Shown in pieces: positions 14,388-26,310 of a DNA stretch of 64,000 bases. The DNA comes from Octopus vulgaris (taxonomy: Eukaryota), in assembly GCA_951406725.2 (NCBI GenBank), contig OX597823.1:63860001-63924000 (forward strand), read 5' to 3'. The notes below the pieces were generated by a model. The model had not been told where the DNA came from and did not search any database. It saw only the letters and a list, made by a program, of their open reading frames with translations. Numbering within the stretch: the stretch's first letter is position 1; each line of letters begins with the position of its first letter. The translations under genes and the position numbers were made by a program.

Positions 14388-14603
14388 TTGCCTCCATGAG
14401 GACGAACACTTGAAGGGAGCTTGACCATTTGCCTCCATGAGGCCTGTTTGAAAGGAACTCAGGTACTTTGCCTCTATGAGGCCCAAGAGCTCAGCGACTT
14501 TGCCTCTATGAAGCCTAACACTCGAAAGGAACTTATCCACTTTGCCTCCATGAGGCCCAATGCTTAAAAGGAACTCAGCCACTTTGCCTCTGTTAGGCCC
14601 AAT
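14388..14603 (+). repeat. Degenerate 31-42 bp tandem repeat (ttgcctccatgaggcc...gaactc), about 6 copies, in a SINE
   Basis: ttgcctc(c/t)atgagg recurs six times. Confidence 0.75.
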
Positions 14604-15780
14604 GTACTGTAACTATTATGAATTATTAGCAAACATACCATGGAAACTATACTGAGTTTCGTGGTCCTACATTACTCTTTTAGACTTTGTGTCTCTACCT
14701 TTTTTGTTTGGATTATATCAAGTGCTATTATTTATGTTTATATCATAACACCTATCACTTAATGATCAGAGTGAAAAGTAGATTTTTTGATGCTTGTGTG
14801 TTATCCTTATTCTAGCAGCTACACTTTCAGAGCACCCATCTCCACTACTGACTTGGTCACCTAGGTAACAGAAGCTATCAACTACTAGTTTTTCTCCCTG
14901 GAATGTGGTAGAGGTTGTTCTCTGCACAATTTCAGTGTTTATTGCTCCTGAGCATCTGCTACATACAAAAACTATCTTCCAATTTTATAAATATGCCTGT
15001 TCAAGTATCATAATAGCATGAAACTTAGCTTGTTTGGTTGTGTATTTAATCTGATATATATAAATAATAATAACAGAAGCGAAATTCTGTCTCTCCATCT
15101 GAGACCCCTATATTACAACCTACATTTGCTCTACATAGACATAACGTTTTGGAATCAGGATTGAAAATCTGCCCTTCATTTGGTTTTTGAACATCCAGCA
15201 TTGATTTAAAAGCATTTGGGTTGCTATTTCTAGCAGGTAAAGCTTGACTGATTCACGCCATCTTGGATGGCGTTTGTCAGATGACAGAGATGAAGAGAGA
15301 GATAAATAACATTCGCTTTGTTAATTTTATATCAAAATAAGAACTTTGGGACAAATTGGCAAACAGTTGGAATTCAACATGAGACTGGAACAATGATGGC
15401 ATTACAGAGTTTTCATGTGTGTGACAGTGAGCTGTCTTTTGAATCTCATGTGTCAGCATCTGATGTTTGATTGTGTTTCATATATGCCTCTCTCTGTGTG
15501 TGTGTGTTGGATTTTGTGTATGTACGTGTATGCATCTTGGAAATTCTGCTCACGTGCTTGAGTTTTTTCTTTCCTTTTCTTTCTTTTTTTTTTTGTACAT
15601 GTCCGAGTATTTTTGCATGCTTAGTAGATTAATGTAGTTGTCTGAGATTGAGTCTGCAAGTGAGTTTTTTTTTTTTTTTCAAAGAACAATGTTAATAGTC
15701 CAAGAAGAAAAAAAACCCAACAAAAAACAATAACAAAAAAAAACAACAAACAAAAACAGAATTCTCATTTGTTAATGCCA

Positions 15781-15898
15781 CTAACAGCTGTTCATGTGTT
15801 CCACTTTATTCTGTAGGTGTTCAGTAATGGCAGAACCTGGGTTTTGTTTAAATACTGGATGACTCAACACTTGCTTGAAGAGGTTAATGTTTTCCAAC
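15781..15898 (-). CDS. SLX9: SLX9/FAM207A last coding exon (LENINLFKQVLSHPVFKQNPGSAITEHLQNKVEHMNSC*)
   Basis: Acceptor ttttaactgtttcag, phase 2 entry, TAG at 15783-15781; matches the SLX9 C-terminal F.QVL.HP.F..NP..AI.EHL motif. Confidence 0.9.
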
Positions 15899-16987
15899 CT
15901 GAAACAGTTAAAAGTAAAAATCAAAATCAACAACCATCATCATCATCATCATTTAACATCTATTTTTCCATGCTTGCATGGGTTGGATGCAGTTTGTTGT
16001 GGCGGATTTTTTTACAGCTGGATGTCTTTCTTGTTGCCAACTTTCACTGGTTTCTAAGTAAGGTGATATTTTCCCTTGACTAGGTGTATTTCACGGAAGA
16101 GAGGAAATGAAGGACACCATTTCCATGTCAGTGACATTCATTTGTAACTGTCACAAAAAGTCAAGGCAAAGAGACAGTAAAACATGTATGCACATACATA
16201 CATATACACACACACACACACAACAACCTCAGTCAGTTTCCATAAACCAAATCCACTCACAAAGCTTTTTTTGGTTAGATATAGTAGATGAGGCTTGCCC
16301 AAGACGTCATGCCACGAGATGGAACTCAGGACCCTATAGTTGGGAAGAAAGTTTCTTATTTCTTTATTGCCCACAAGGGGCTAAACATAGAGGGAACAAA
16401 CAAGGACAGACAAAGGGATTAAGATGATTACATCGACCCCACTGCATAAGTGGTACTTAATTTATCAATCCTGAAAGGATGAAAGGCAAAGTTGACCTCG
16501 GCAGAATTTGAACTCAGAATGTAAAGAGAGAGATGAAATACCGCTAAGCATTTCACCTGGCATGCTAACATTTCTGCCAACACCTGTACCTATAAAGAAA
16601 CACACCAACTTATAGACACAAAATCATCATTTAACATCCATTTTCCACACTGGCATGGGTGGGAGGGTTTGGCAGGAGTTGGCCAGCTAGCCAGCTAGAG
16701 AGCTACACCAGGCTCCATTTGTTCATTTCAGTATGGTTTCTATGGCTAGATGACTTCCTAATTCCAACCACTTTACATGGTGTACTGGGTGTTACACGGT
16801 GCCAACCTGGATGCTTTTTACATGGCTCCAATAGAAGACATTTGCTCGAGCTGTCACACAGTAGAACTGAACCTGAGACAATCTGGTCAGAAAGCAAACT
16901 TCTTACTACACAGCCATGCCTTACAAAATCCAAAATATAGCAAAATACAGAAGCAAGCAAGAATTGATAAAATGCAATAAGACTTAC

Positions 16988-17032
16988 ATTTCCTTTCGAC
17001 GGGACTTTAACTTCACAGGTGGTTTATATGGC
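16988..17032 (-). CDS. SLX9: SLX9/FAM207A coding exon 4 (LPYKPPVKLKSRRKEM)
   Basis: Acceptor ttttgattgtttag, donor AT|gtaagt; 45 nt symmetric phase 2-2 exon, open in the required frame. Confidence 0.8.
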
Positions 17033-17574
17033 CTAAACAATCAAAACAAACATATATAGTCAACAATAGGGACATATTTTGACAGAAGACTGCAAAAGAG
17101 CAACATGCTTGTATGGCATTCATTTACAATTAGAAAACAATGATAAGTATCCAGAAACTCACAATCGGATATATAATGGGCTTCTTTCAGTTCCTATCTC
17201 CCAAGTCGACTCAGAAGGAATTTTTTGATCCAGGGTGACAGTAGAAGACACTTGCCCAAGGTGCCTATCAGTAGGATTGAACTTGAAACCCTGTGGATGT
17301 GAAGCTAACTTCTTAATCCTAAAGCCATGTCATCACCTCAAACGTGAATAATACAAAGTGGAGAGAAGTTATGGAAGAGGGAAACTAAGGAAAACATGGC
17401 ACAAAGTATTGTAGGCCAATCTCAAATTGCTGAGCATTATAAAGGAGGTGACAGAGGACTGAGATATGCAGTGCATTGCTGTACTCAAGGAGACCTGCCC
17501 ACCACAACACAACTGATATCCTAAAACCAAGGTGCCATGTAACAAGCATTGGTGTTGATACTGATGCCAAATGA

Positions 17575-18050
17575 AAAGCACTAGTGCTGGTGTCACGTAA
17601 AGAGCACTGGTGGTGATGCCATGTAAAGAGCACTGGTGGTGGTGCCACGTAAAGAGCACTGGTGGTGGTGTCACGTAAAGAGCACCGGCGGTGGTGCCAC
17701 GTAAAGAGCATCGGCGGTGGTGCCACGTAAAGAGCACTGGCGGTGGTGCCACGTAAAGAGCACTGGCGGTGGTGCCATGTAAAGAGCACTGGCGGTGGTG
17801 CCACGTAAAGAGCACTGGCGGTGGTGCCACGTAAAGAGCACTGGTGGTGGTGCCACGTAAAGAGTACTGGCGGTGGTGCCACGTAAAGAGCACTGGCGGT
17901 GGTGCCACGTAAAGAGCACTGGTGATGGTGCCACGTAAAAAGCACTGGCAATGGTTCCACGCAAAAAGCACTGGTGATGGTGCCATGTAAAAGCACTGGC
18001 AATGGTGCCAAGTAAAAAGCACTGGTGATAGTGTCACGTAAAAAGCACCC
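17575..18050 (+). repeat. 26-bp minisatellite (tgccacgtaaagagcactggcggtgg), about 18 copies, expanded inside a (GAT)n-tailed SINE
   Basis: Direct inspection; period 26; grades into SINE sequence on both sides. Confidence 0.9.
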
Positions 18051-19256
18051 AGTACACTTGGTTGGCATCAGGTGGCTCATGTATCCATAGAAACCAAGCC
18101 AAAACAGAATGTGGAACTTGGTGCGGGTCCTGGCCATGCCAAATCCTGTCAAGCCATCCAACCCATGCCAGCATGGAAAATAGGCATTAAATGTTGATGA
18201 TGACTGATGATGATGATGATGATGAGCCATAGTTTTCTATATTTCATAGTTAATTTTCCCCTTAATAACAGCTTTCTTTTTAGAAGAAAAAAAACTTTCC
18301 CAGTAAAGTGCACTTATTTTAATAATTGATCTCTAGAGTGTTCTGAGGTCAAACAGATTAAGAAACCCTGATCTGAATTAATTTTAGTTCCAATTTCAAT
18401 TTTAAACGATTTTTGACAAATTGTCGTCATATGATTTGATTCTTTTGTTGGAAACAAGGTGCCTTTTATTTTTATTTTTTTCTTAAGCAGCTGAATTATT
18501 ATCCAGTCTCTTTCTGTAGTGAGTCATGAAAGAAAACTCTTTCTCATTCCAGACTGTGGCCATGTTGAGGCATCACCTTGAAGAATTTTAGTTCAATGAA
18601 TTAACCCCAGTACTTGTATCTAGGAATCCATTAGCCAAAGTAACACTGTGCAGGTTATGCAACTCTGTGTATAATCCACTATAGGAACAAAGCCTGAAAT
18701 TGTTAGGGGTGGGCAGGGATGCAGAGGCTGAACAATTACATCAACCACCAATGTTCAACTGCTACTTATTTTGTCCAGCTTAAAAGGATGAACGGCAAAG
18801 CTGACCTCGGCAGAATTTGAATGCAGGATGTAAACGGTAAAGACCTCCTTCGGTTATGCATGGCTATGGGATTGCACCGAGAAAATTCCCCTCCGTAGGC
18901 ACAAGTCCAGGCAAATTTGTGTATGGAAGACCAGCAATCACCCATGCATACCAGTCTCCCTTTTGCCACGCCACTGATTTTATCCAAGGGAAAGGCAAAC
19001 ACAGATACAGCTTGGCACCAGTGACATCGCAATTCATTTCTACAGCCGAGGGAAGTGGAGCAACATGAAATAAAGTGTCTTGCTCAAGAACACAAAACAA
19101 ATTGTAAACCCAACACACTAACCACTGAGTTATGTGCCTTCATGCAGAATGTAAAACCTAAAGAAATGCTGCTAAGTGTTTTGTCTGGTTTGATAATGAT
19201 TCTACCAGCTTACCAACTGTATAAGGCAACTCATATGCCATTGTGGGCACAGCATA

Positions 19257-19650
19257 GGCGTAAGAGTGGTTGTGTGGTAAGTAGCTTGCTTACCAACCAC
19301 ATAGTTCTGGGTTCATTCCCACTGCATGGCACCTTGGGCAAGTGTCTTCTACTATAGCCTTGGCCGAACCAAAGCCTTGTGAGTGGATTTAGTAAACGGA
19401 AACTGAAAGAAGCCTGTCGTATATATGTATATATATATGTATGTGTGTCTGTGTTCGTCCCCCCAACATCGCTTGACAACCGATGCTGGTGTGTTTACAT
19501 CCCCATAACTTAGCAGTCCGGCAAAAGAGACCGATAGAATAAGTACTAGGCTTACAAAGAATAAGTCCTGAGGTCGATTTACTCGACTCAAGGTGGTGCT
19601 CCAGCATGGCCACAGTCACATGACTGAAACAAATAAAAGAGTAAAAGAGA
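19257..19650 (+). mobile_element. CORE-type SINE copy
   Basis: Same family as 2182-2590 in the forward orientation. Confidence 0.8.
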
Positions 19651-19881
19651 AAGAGAGAGAGAGGAGTGAAACTTGTTTATCAACTGAGCAAATTGAGGTA
19701 AGCAGAGATAGTATACAAAGACTAGGGTTAGTATGGCTTGAATTCAAGACCCTGTGAGCTGTAGTAGTCTGACAGCTTAATTCTTTCGTAATCATATTTC
19801 TAAAGGAATATACACCCTATGTTTTCCAATTAATTTTGAAAATAAGAATTTGAATGGATTTAGCTCAATAACCTTGTTTTG

Positions 19882-20250
19882 TTAAACCTTTTAATGCTAA
19901 CCCAGCCCAAGACTACTCTTGCTTCCATGATGCAAATTTTCTCTTGGTTTAAAAAGATCTAAATTAAAATTTTCCATCAAAATTCAAATGTTATTTTATG
20001 TTCCAAAATCCAGCTTGATAATGACAGAGTTGTTTTATTAAATTCTTCAGTATCTTCAAAATCAATTGAAACAAAGGCAGTGTATTTCAACAGAAATATG
20101 GCAATAAAAGGCTTAAGCTGGTATTCAGAACATAACAAAAAGCTTTTCCATAAATTTTGATGAAGGGTTTTAATTTTCATTAGTGAACAATTTAAAATGA
20201 ACAGTTTTAAACCAGAGATATCTCAGGTGAGTTAGTATCACAAGGGTTAA
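19882..20250. mobile_element. Second piggyBac-type MITE family (partial copy at about 61850-62006)
   Basis: ttaa accttt...gtatcacaaggg ttaa; related end ggtatcaaaaggg ttaa at 62006. Confidence 0.6.
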
Positions 20251-20368
20251 TCTCATAGCCATTGTGCCTCAAAAGAGATTAAAGGTGGGATTGTGAAGAA
20301 GAATACAAGAACAGAAACCACAAAAAAACAAACAAACAAAAAAGCAGTTTTTATACAAGAACACTCAC

Positions 20369-20534
20369 AATGGTTTTTCTTCAGCTGTTTCCTTTTTTGT
20401 CGTAAAAGTGGGCAGGCTGTCTTTCATATCAGTCAAATCACCCACAACTGGTGTGTTCTTCATTTGTTTACGCTGAATTTTCTTCAGCAGCATTTCTTTA
20501 GCTTGTAATTTCTGGGTACAGATGGAATTTATTT
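20369..20534 (-). CDS. SLX9: SLX9/FAM207A coding exon 3 (QINSICTQKLQAKEMLLKKIQRKQMKNTPVVGDLTDMKDSLPTFTTKKETAEEKP)
   Basis: Acceptor ctctttttcag, donor TT|gtgagt; 166 nt, phase 1 to 2; contains the SLX9 signature VVGDL..M.DSLP. Confidence 0.92.
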
Positions 20535-21788
20535 CTGAAAAAGAGCAATACATTGAAGACAATTAATTAAAAGGCAGAGAAATTAATAAAAGGAAAGAAT
20601 ATCCAATTTCAATTGAAAAACAACCCTCGAAAATCGAGAAAAAAAGAAAGAAAGAGAAAGAAAATGGTGGTGGTGGTGGCAGTAGAAGCGCATGGAAGAA
20701 AAATTTGTATTTTATACAAAATGGATATGGTATTCTTTTATCCTTTACTTGTTTTAGTCATCTGACTGTGGCCACGATAGAGCATTGCTTTGAAGAATTT
20801 TAATTGAATGAACCAACACTAATACTTACTTTTCAATGTCTGGTATTTATTCTATCTGTTTCTTTTGCCAAATTGATAAGTTACAGGGACATAAACACAC
20901 CAACACCAGTTATCAAGCAGTGGTGGGAGAGCAACATAGTCACAAAGACATGTATATGTATGTGTGCACGCATGCATGCACACACATACACACACTGGGC
21001 TTCTTTTAATTTCCATCTACAAAATCCACTCATATGGTTTTGGTCAGCTTGAGGTTGTATGTAGTAGAAGACACTTACCCAAGGTGCCTCACAGTGAGAC
21101 TGAACACAGAACCATGTGGTTGGGAAGCAAACTTCTTACCACACAGCCATGCTTGTGCCTATATTGCTGAAGGAACTTGCGATTCTGTTTTAGACAATGG
21201 TCGAGAGATATGACAGACATCTCTCATTAATAAGATTTGTTCAAGCTCTTGCATTCTGAGTTCAAATCTCACCACAGCCTACTTGGGTGACAGACTGAAT
21301 CCATTGCCTAGTTTAAGACCACCACCAGGCACCTTGATGCCTTTAGCAGAGTCCACTCTATTACAAGCATTTAACTGTCACAAATAGCCTACCAGAATAT
21401 TCTGTTCTGGCCCAAATATTCTACCTGCTTTGAGCACAAACTGGCCAGACCCTACTTCTCACACCTATTTTACAATGTCATTCTAAAAATAAACAATCAC
21501 ATCATTGTAATCTTGAAGTTATGAAACAGGGTAACCATGTCTCTCCTCTACAACGAAACACTTGTTTCTACCCTTCTGTCACACTAACCTCTCATCACTT
21601 CACACAAGGCCACCTCCTCCAATACCCCCACCCCTCAGAGGGTGAATTATTTGGCACCTTAGCTGTTTAACTCTGGGCCAGCTCTGAATGAACAAACCTA
21701 TGATAAAATGAGGTTAGGGTATAATGTATTTATTGACTATGCAACTGAAATATTTTCTCCCTTTTTAAAAAAAAAAAAAAGTTAATAA

Positions 21789-21954
21789 GCGCAGGAGTGG
21801 CTGTGTGGTAAGTAGCTTGCTAACCAACCACATGGTTCTGGGTTCAGTCCTACTGCGTGACACCTTGGGCGAGTGTCTTCTACTATAGCCTCAGGCTGAC
21901 CAAAGCCTTCTGAGTAGATTTGGTAAATGGAAACTGAAAGAAGCCCATCGTGTG

Positions 21955-22009
<55 letters not shown>

Positions 22010-22197
22010 CTTCGTGTGTACCGTTGGCGATTTTTTTCCCTCTGTCTTCCCTTCTCTGGATCTTTCCTTCTCCTATGTTTCCAACGAAGAGCTCCGCTTG
22101 AAACGTTAAACCCTCCTTCTTTCCTGAGCGTCCAATAATACTATATTTGTTCTACGTCCTCGCGTTGTTGTATTTTTTTGTGTTTTCTTGTTTGGAT

Positions 22198-22246
<49 letters not shown>

Positions 22247-22445
22247 TTGTCTCCTCACCAATGCTTGACAACTGATGCTGGTGTGTTTACGTCTCCGTAA
22301 CTTAACGGTTTGACAAAAGAGACTGATAGAATAGGTACTAGGCTTACAAAGAATAAGTCCTGGGGTCGATTTGCTCGACTAAAGGTGGTGCTCCAGCATG
22401 GCCACAGTCAAATGACTGAAACAAGTAAAAAGAAAAAAAAAAGAA
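21789..22445 (+). mobile_element. CORE-type SINE copy with a nested insertion in its (TA)n
   Basis: Head at 21789, tail aaacaagtaaaa at about 22430, interrupted at 22010-22200. Confidence 0.8.
22010..22200 (+). mobile_element. Short pLTR-like repeat with a decayed hammerhead motif, nested in the (TA)n of a SINE
   Basis: gttt ccaacga agagc tcc gctt gaaacgtt aaac at 22077-22111; related copy at about 43815-44000 lacks this motif; (TA)n on both sides. Confidence 0.5.
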
Positions 22446-23284
22446 TAGAAAGAACAGTGATTAGAAGACAATTTGAAGTAGATTGTGCAACAGCTTGGAG
22501 GCTTCACACATCTGTTCACCAATCCTTACTGTTACAAGAGGGCCTAATTCATGGATGATACAGGGTTAGACGACAAATAGTGTTTTAATGACTTTCTCAT
22601 TAAAACTCAATTTCAGATAATTTGTTTTTCAAGTAAATTGGAGAACAATTACTCTACTCTCTTAAGAATTGTTTTCATTTTACTTCTGAACTCAATTAAG
22701 TGATTTAAGAGGAAAAAAAAAAAAAATCCTTTCTTGTCGATTCAGTCTGAAATCTTATTTGAAGATTAAACCAGGATTAAATAGAGGCTATGAATTTAAA
22801 TAATTAACTGGCATTGATATAATGACTATATGACAATACGCACACACAAATTTATGTCAAATATTAGTCTGAAAAATAATTAACTGCTTAACCCTTTCAA
22901 TAGATGATTAGTCTTACCGACATCAGGGGGAATGTAGAAGTCGTGACATTCCAGTCTTTCTTGAGCATTAGTAATCTTAAGATGTAGAATGGACAGAAGA
23001 GAATAACTGAGTTCAATGATGAAAATAGCAGTTTCAACAAACACTATAGTTCTGGTCATTCATTGCATTTATACCTATCTCTGATTTAACTTCATTTATC
23101 CTTTGAATCAAGGCAGCTCTGGGGAATAAAGGTGAAGCAGATAGATGTTGCACAACTTTCCTCTCACATAAATCTGATTCCCATGAAGTAATAATATCAC
23201 AGGCTGTTATGGTCATCATCCTCCAATGAATGTACAAACAAGGATACTGTGTTCATCATCTTATGGATGGATCATTATTATTAA

Positions 23285-23595
23285 TTAGTTTGTCCGTCAT
23301 CATTGATGATAACCAAGGGCATCACATGGGAGAAGAAGACAGGGTATAGTATGTCCAGCTGCGGCCAATCAGTCTGATGCATGCATGGAAGGCTCTGCCA
23401 TAGGACAGACACTGGTGGTCTACTGAGACTGGAGGCAAAGCATTGGCTCTGGACTTGCACAGTTTGTATTTTCTTTATGCCCTTGCAATCCTGTTCTGTT
23501 CACAGGAGGTGGAACCTCTATTGGTGCAGCTTCATCAGGAAGGGCGATCTTGTGGTTCCCAGGTGTTGGGATTGGTCTCAATGCTCTTCAGCGAG
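23285..23595 (-). mobile_element. RTE-clade LINE 3' fragment (decayed, with C-terminal zinc-finger remnant)
   Basis: SLKSIETNPNTWE..QDRPS...EQNRIAR...CKSRA...HQCLSYGRAFHACIRLIG; gatgacggac 3' end. Confidence 0.7.
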
Positions 23596-23649
23596 TAACT
23601 GAAATAACTATGACAAACAATTCAAACTCACTTCTTACTTAACATTACT

Positions 23650-23695
<46 letters not shown>

Positions 23696-25467
23696 AGTAT
23701 GTGAGTGCACACAGGAATGGTTGAAGCCATGATAGTTTCAATATCGTACCACCCTGTTTCCAATCCTACTGTATGGTAAAGTGATAGCGATCAAAGCTTC
23801 AGGCCTTGCAAGTGAAATTGGGTTAATGGAAATTATAGACAGCAATTCATGTCACACTGATTCTGCCTGCAACCAAAAGGGGACAAATGTCCATGGAATA
23901 GTCAGTCACTTACACTGTGACTTGAGTTTTAGAATGGTATCACAGGGTTTCTGCAAGTGGCCTGATCTCACTAGGTTGAACATAAAAAAGGTAAAATATT
24001 TTGGCCAGACATGACTGGTTTAAATGCCAAAGGGTTAAGCAACTCTGACTGTCAATTTGAGAAAAAAAAGCAAATAATTTTAGCAGCCATTGTTGATATT
24101 CCATCCCCATGTGAGCTTTGTTGTTGCTAATGGCCAATTGCATGAAATTTTTAAATATGGAACTACAAAATTCAGTTAACCCAGCTAGCACATGTGTCGA
24201 TCATCATCATCATTTAATGTCCGTTTTCTATGCTGGCATGGGTTGGATGATTTGACAGGCATTGGTCAGGGTCTGTTTTGGCATGGTTTGTATAGCTGGG
24301 TGCTCTTTGTAATGCCAACCACTTTACAGAGTGTACTGGGTGCTTCTAATGTGACATCAGCATCAGTAACCCTTCTGTGACATTGGCATGGACACTTTTA
24401 CACACAACAAATTCTCTGTTTACATATTATTCTACCAAAAGTACATGTAAAGCTTTCTTAAATAAGTATATGTAAAAAATCATAAATATATAAATAATGC
24501 ATCTACACATACGTAGAGAACATAAACATGACAATTCAAGTAAAGATTCAACTGAGCTAATTAAAACTGTTAATATAAAAATATTAACAGTTTTAAATTG
24601 AAAAGGGGGAGAAAAAAATTCACTTAGTTCCTAAGTGGCAGAGAATGTAAAAAAAATAGAAAATCTCAAAGTAGAATTATTCATGAATTTTAGGTTACAA
24701 AGAAAAAAAAATCCCCAAAATAGAATATAAAATGAAATAAAAAATGCAAATCAATATATTTTAGAGGGGAAAATATTTTAAACACAATAACAGCAAAAAA
24801 ACAACAACAAAATTATGGTTTCTTCCAACTACCAACATCAACAATAACACTAAAATATTTTAGTTTATCACAAAGACAAAATTGACAACTAAATGAACAC
24901 ACTTAGCTGAATGGTTATTTGTGGAATAAGATGTTGCAATCAATTTCAATGTTTGTAAGGTAAAAAGTAAAGACTTTCACTTAAAGCTCACATACCACTT
25001 AAGAACAGAATAGTAATGATGATAATAATAATAATAGTAATAATAATAATAGTTTCAAATTCTGGCTCAAGAAGGCAGTTTTGAGGAAGGGCCTAAATCA
25101 ATTACACTGACCCCACCATGTTCAGTTAGTACTTGTTTTATCAACCTCAAAAGGATAAAACTTGAGCTCAGCAGGATTTGAACTCAGAAATGTAAAGACA
25201 GATGAAATACTGCTAAGCATTTTGCCCAGTGAGCTAACGATTCTGCTAGATTGCTGCCTTAACAATAACAACAATAATGATAACGGTTTCAAATTTTGGC
25301 ACAAGGCCGACAACACTGACCTGAGTGCTTAACTGGTACTTAATTTATTGAACTCAAAAGGATAAGAGGTAAAGGCGACCTCGGTGGAATTTGGACACTG
25401 AAATTAAGGATGAATGAAATGCTGCTAAGCATGTTCAGCATGCTAACGATTCTGCCAGATCACAGCC

Positions 25468-25511
<44 letters not shown>

Positions 25512-25513
<2 letters not shown>

Positions 25514-25872
25514 GAGCATTCAGAGAGTGCAAACCTTCACCAAAGCAACACCAATGTTTTCAATGATTAGCTAGAGATGACTTTTAAAATGAGAATACCT
25601 GAAATAAACTCGAATGCTCTCACAAACGAGAATACAAGAAATGTGCACGGCTGCTCTCAAAAATAAGTAAAAATAACAGGAAAAATAATCCAGAATCCTT
25701 GTCTAGTACTGGATCAATCCCAAAAGCTAATCAGTTCATGCCAGTCATGAGGCCAAACATCCCTGAAAATTTTATCTGAATCCATCCAGTGGTTCTTGAG
25801 CTATCTTATCCATGGACAAACAAACAAACACAACTGAAAAACAATACCTCTGCCTTTGCCAAGGTGGAGGTA
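25512..25872. mobile_element. Helentron-associated (HINE-like) element; inverted second copy at 41661-42031
   Basis: aagagcattcagagagtgcaaacc start; terminal hairpin tacctctgcctt..aaggtggaggta; second copy in the opposite orientation. Confidence 0.6.
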
Positions 25873-25880
25873 ATAAATAA

Positions 25881-26310
25881 GAACACCGGAGGCCTGATAT
25901 AATAACCTTTAGGAGGGACAAATAAGAGTGCTTAATAATTGATGTGGCAGTACCAGGAGATCAACATATCATCATGAAAGAAAGAGAAAAGGTTGATAAA
26001 TATGAAGACCTGAGAATTGAGGTCGCTAAGATGTGGCAGCTACGAGAATCAAACATAAAGGTTATCCCTATTGTCATCGGAGCATTGGGTACAATACCAC
26101 CCAAACTGAAAAAAAAACATCTGAAAACTTTAGAAATGCCCTACAATCTTGCAAAAGTCGGCATTACTTGTAACTGCACGCATATTGCGTAAAGTATTGT
26201 CTGTCTGAGGTTCTTGTGACTTGACAAACAGTACAAACCCCTGGTAGATACAATATCTTCAGTCAACAACCTCATGATATTGTATACTGTGCGATGTCTA
26301 TAATAATAAT
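25881..26310 (+). mobile_element. 3' fragment of an R4/Dong-clade LINE (restriction-like endonuclease domain)
   Basis: HRRPDII...IIDVAVPGDQHIIMKEREKVDKYEDLRIEVAKMW...VIPIVIGALG...QKSALL..AHILRKVL (frameshifted), then 3'UTR and (TAA)n. Confidence 0.85.

Noticed and set aside
14388-14603. Hammerhead-like look of ccatgaggcc...cgaaagg repeats
   Set aside because: No CUGANGA-compatible core and no stems I-III.
17575-18050. CRISPR-like array
   Set aside because: Units are contiguous with no unique spacers; eukaryotic context; no cas genes.
17369-18230. Longest ORFs in the window (222 and 281 aa)
   Set aside because: They are translations of the 26-bp minisatellite and SINE; periodic peptides open in several frames.
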